Origin: Rhodospirillales bacterium
GTDB taxonomy: Bacteria; Pseudomonadota; Alphaproteobacteria; Bin95
Direction: 5' to 3'
Assembly: GCA_038143065.1 (NCBI GenBank)
Contig: JAYQLI010000035.1
Coordinates: 1,152,001-1,216,000 of the forward strand
DNA: 64,000 bases
Shown in pieces: positions 61,219 to 64,000 of the stretch (position 1 is the stretch's first letter; each line of letters opens with the position of its first letter). The translations under genes were made by a program, and so were the position numbers. A model generated the notes under the pieces. That model saw only the letters and a list, made by a program, of their open reading frames with translations, did not search any database and was not told the DNA's origin.

Positions 61219-63014
61219 TTATAGTGATAGTAATTCTTGAGCTGTCTCGAGTGAAATTGGAGCATCTTCTAACAATACTGATGTTGCTTGAGCATCAAAT
61301 TGCCCCCTTCAAGAGTAAAGGGATCGGCTGAATTCAATCGCCGATCAAGCACAAGACGAGCAATCAAAAGCCTTCGAGCATCTCCCCCAGAGGCACCTAG
61401 AACAGCCCCCTCTGCCGCCATCAAAGCTGCAGTATGTGCATTATACAAACCCGCCGCAGCCCGCCGACAGTGATGTTCATTTACCGGATCACTCGCAACT
61501 AAACGTGCGAATTCGATTGCTCGATCTAATGTTTGTAAAAGTCTTGATTTGAATTGGCCTGGACATCCTCCGGCCGCATCTAACCACTGAATAACATCTT
61601 CACGAAGGGCCTGCTCGGCATGCTCTTTACCCACTGCACGCATGACAACATCAATTGCATTCATATTCGTCGTGCCTTCCCAAAGAAGGCCGATCTGCGC
61701 ATCCCGTATCAGCCGGGCATTCACCCATTCCTCTATGTATCCGAGACCCCCACGTGTCTCCATTGAAGCTGTGGCAACTGGTACATTATCTCGGCAAGCC
61801 ATCATCTTTAGCAGAGGAGTAGCGATACGAAGGGCTTTGGTTCCTGCTTCGTCATCATTGTTCGCTCGTCGCATGGCGGACGCAGCGTAAAAAAATGCTG
61901 TCAGCGCTTGCTCAGTCGGGATCAATATATCTAGTAATTGTCCACGCATTAAAGGCTTGCAAACTACTGGCTCACCAAATTGTCTTCGGAAGCGAGCAGC
62001 TGCAAGGGCCTCGTTTAAGCACCGACGCATCATACCCGCAGCGCGCACACCGTGAGAAAGTCGAGATAGGTTTACCTGGCGAAGCATTTGTTTAATGCCA
62101 TTCTCGACATCGCCTACAGCATACGCCAACGCACCATCAAAAATTATTTCACCTGATGCCATCGACTTGGTCCCAAGTTTATCTTTGAGACGTACTATTC
62201 TGTAACTGTTGCGACTGCCATCCTCTAAGCGCCTTGGCATTGCAAATAAGCCCAAACCTTTGGTGCCAGCAGGTGCTCCCTCCACGCGCGCCAAAAGCAA
62301 CGCTACATCGGCATCGGCATGTGAACAAACCATTTTTCCCCATACAGGCGCCAATGCTCTCCATCTGGTACCGCCATCAAAGTTGCTTCGCCAACATCCG
62401 AACCTGCCGCTTTTTCAGTCATGAATTGCGTGCCAGTTAGACGTTTATCAAAATCAAGTGTGGTCAAACCCTCCCAGAACATTTCTTTTAACTTAGGGTT
62501 GTCATTCCATTCGAAGTGGTAAGCCGAAGTTTCGGATACAGAAAGAGGACAAAGGAGGCCAAATTCTGACTGAGAGAACATGTACTGAAACGCATATTTC
62601 ACTGGAGGCGATGTTATCTCGGGCCAACCAAGGGCTCCTGGACGATGAGCCATTGCTGCCATCTGAAAGTCGCCCCAGCAAATCTTTTCCATCTCTGTAT
62701 GCAGGGTGGTATTCAATCCAATCGATATCTCGCCCAAAACGATCTCTTGATGAAGCACGGGGACCATTTTTATCAGCAACCATGGCAAGCTGATTTAGCT
62801 GACCACCAGCCACCTCACCCATTCTCTCAAAGTGCGGACTGAAATGATCCAGTTCTGCTTGGGTTAAATAAAGGGGCAGTAAACTTTGAAACTGGTGATC
62901 AATATCAAAAAAATTTAAGCCCGCACAATCAGGTGGAATTCTGTCACTATCTGACTGCCCTGGACGAATAGCAGAACGGAATGCAGGGCTACTCGAGGAG
63001 GTATCTGGGCTCAT
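61219..63014 (-). CDS. Acyl-CoA dehydrogenase family protein, AidB-like (frameshifts near 62690, 62315 and 61305)
   Basis: IEYHPAY, QFMTEKAAGSDV, GEKWF, RLKDKLGTKSMASGEI, NLSRLSH, GGLGYIEE, LWEGTTN. Confidence 0.88.
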
Positions 63015-63079
63015 AATTTCTAGCTCTCAAGTTAAGCAAAATTTATAAAAATCTTAATCAATCTCGTCACTATACGAAA

Positions 63080-63724
63080 TCAAGCAGATGCCACGCTACC
63101 ACGCTCAACAACATACATCCGGTCCAACAACCCCGCACAGTGTGCCGTATTAGACTCCGCGATAAGTATAGTTACGCCCTCTGCCTTTAAATTAGAGAGA
63201 ATTTCAGACATTCTCTTTGCTAGAGCCGGGGCAATTCCTTCCGACGGCTCGTCCAAAAGCAGCATACGCTTGCCAACAAGAAGAGCGCGGGCAAGAGCAG
63301 CTAGTTTCTGCTGACCTCCAGAAAGACTAGTGGCCGGGCGATTACGAAACTCCCTGGCCTCCGGGATAAGTGAGTAAACCCACTCAAGCCTTGCTTCCCA
63401 GTCCTCAATTCCCACCGCCCAAACCGGGATCATAATATTCTCCTCCACCGTCAATGAAGGCACCAATTTGCGATCCTCTGGCATGTAGCCAAACCCAAGC
63501 CCAGCGCGCTTTTGTGAAGGCAAGACGGTTAAATCAACATCATCAAATTTTATTTGTCCTGAAACTGCGTTTAGCAATCCCATTACAGAACGAAGAAAAG
63601 TCGTTTTGCCCGCCCCATTTCGCCCAATGAGACCAACCATTTCGCCGGCTTCAATACGGAGAGAAGCATCCTGCAGAATGCGGATTGGTCCGATATCCAC
63701 GTTTAGTGCTTTAACTTCAAGCAT
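63080..63724 (-). CDS. Branched-chain amino acid-type ABC transporter ATPase, LivF-like
   Basis: GRNGAGKTT, YMPEDR, LSGGQQ, LLLDEPSEGIAP. Confidence 0.9.
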   Translation of the reverse strand: MLEVKALNVDIGPIRILQDASLRIEAGEMVGLIGRNGAGKTTFLRSVMGLLNAVSGQIKFDDVDLTVLPSQKRAGLGFGYMPEDRKLVPSLTVEENIMIPVWAVGIEDWEARLEWVYSLIPEAREFRNRPATSLSGGQQKLAALARALLVGKRMLLLDEPSEGIAPALAKRMSEILSNLKAEGVTILIAESNTAHCAGLLDRMYVVERGSVASA

Positions 63725-64000
63725 GAATAGCGTCTTCGCTAGCATTCATGTTGGGCGCATGCTCACCACCAATCACGTATTCAATAACTCGCGGATTTAT
63801 AAGAGCTTCTGCTGGGGGAGCATCACATATAATTTCACCTTGGTAGAACGCTAGAACTCGATCTACGTAACGCTCGACGATCTCCATATCGTGCTCGACA
63901 AATAAAACGGTCGCTCCCTGCTCTCTAAGGGCCTGGATCACAATGTCCATTATTCCAAACTTTTCCTCAACTGAAACTCCTGAGGTTGGCTCATCCAGAA
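63717..64000 (-). CDS. ABC transporter ATPase, LivG-like, C-terminal part (runs off window end)
   Basis: LDEPTSGVSVEEKF, FVEHDMEIV, VIEYVIG. Confidence 0.87.
   Translation of the reverse strand, partial: LDEPTSGVSVEEKFGIMDIVIQALREQGATVLFVEHDMEIVERYVDRVLAFYQGEIICDAPPAEALINPRVIEYVIGGEHAPNMNASEDAIHA

Overview
A 64-kb stretch of chromosomal backbone from an alphaproteobacterium, judged from gene order and protein motifs (a marine Rhodospirillales-like lineage is a guess). In order it holds: the end of the dcw cluster (murD-ftsW-murG-murC-murB-ddl-ftsQ-ftsA-ftsZ), then bamD-recN-ligA; a metabolic patchwork (Thr/Ser dehydratase, VOC protein, AceE/transketolase-like TPP enzyme with divergent Lrp, malonyl-CoA decarboxylase, LLM oxidoreductase, pmbA, MoxR/VWA, SYLF, dienelactone hydrolase, 5-oxoprolinase); an ABC/cNMP/methyltransferase/csaA operon; the zapE-mdh-sucCD-sucAB-lpdA TCA cluster; ctpA-rppH; and a second patchwork (D-aminoacylase, TsaC-like protein, MFS, Popeye-like protein, GNAT, RidA, RraA, di-heme protein, GST, acyl-CoA dehydrogenase, Liv-type ATPases). 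I saw no rRNA, tRNA, CRISPR array, phage or IS element. About 20 genes, including essential ones, carry 1-bp frameshifts, mostly in homopolymers. These are most likely long-read consensus errors, so the genes are reported as joined CDSs. Best candidates for undescribed biology: (i) a BamD with a ~200-aa C-terminal extension built on a cryptic 30-residue Trp-periodic repeat, at a locus where lpxC is missing; (ii) an ABC exporter-like protein with degenerate Walker A/B motifs and an internally repeated NBD, coupled to a cNMP-binding protein and a methyltransferase; (iii) an MFS / divergent TsaC paralog / D-aminoacylase trio downstream of a Popeye-like membrane protein. All family calls come from motif recognition, not database searches.
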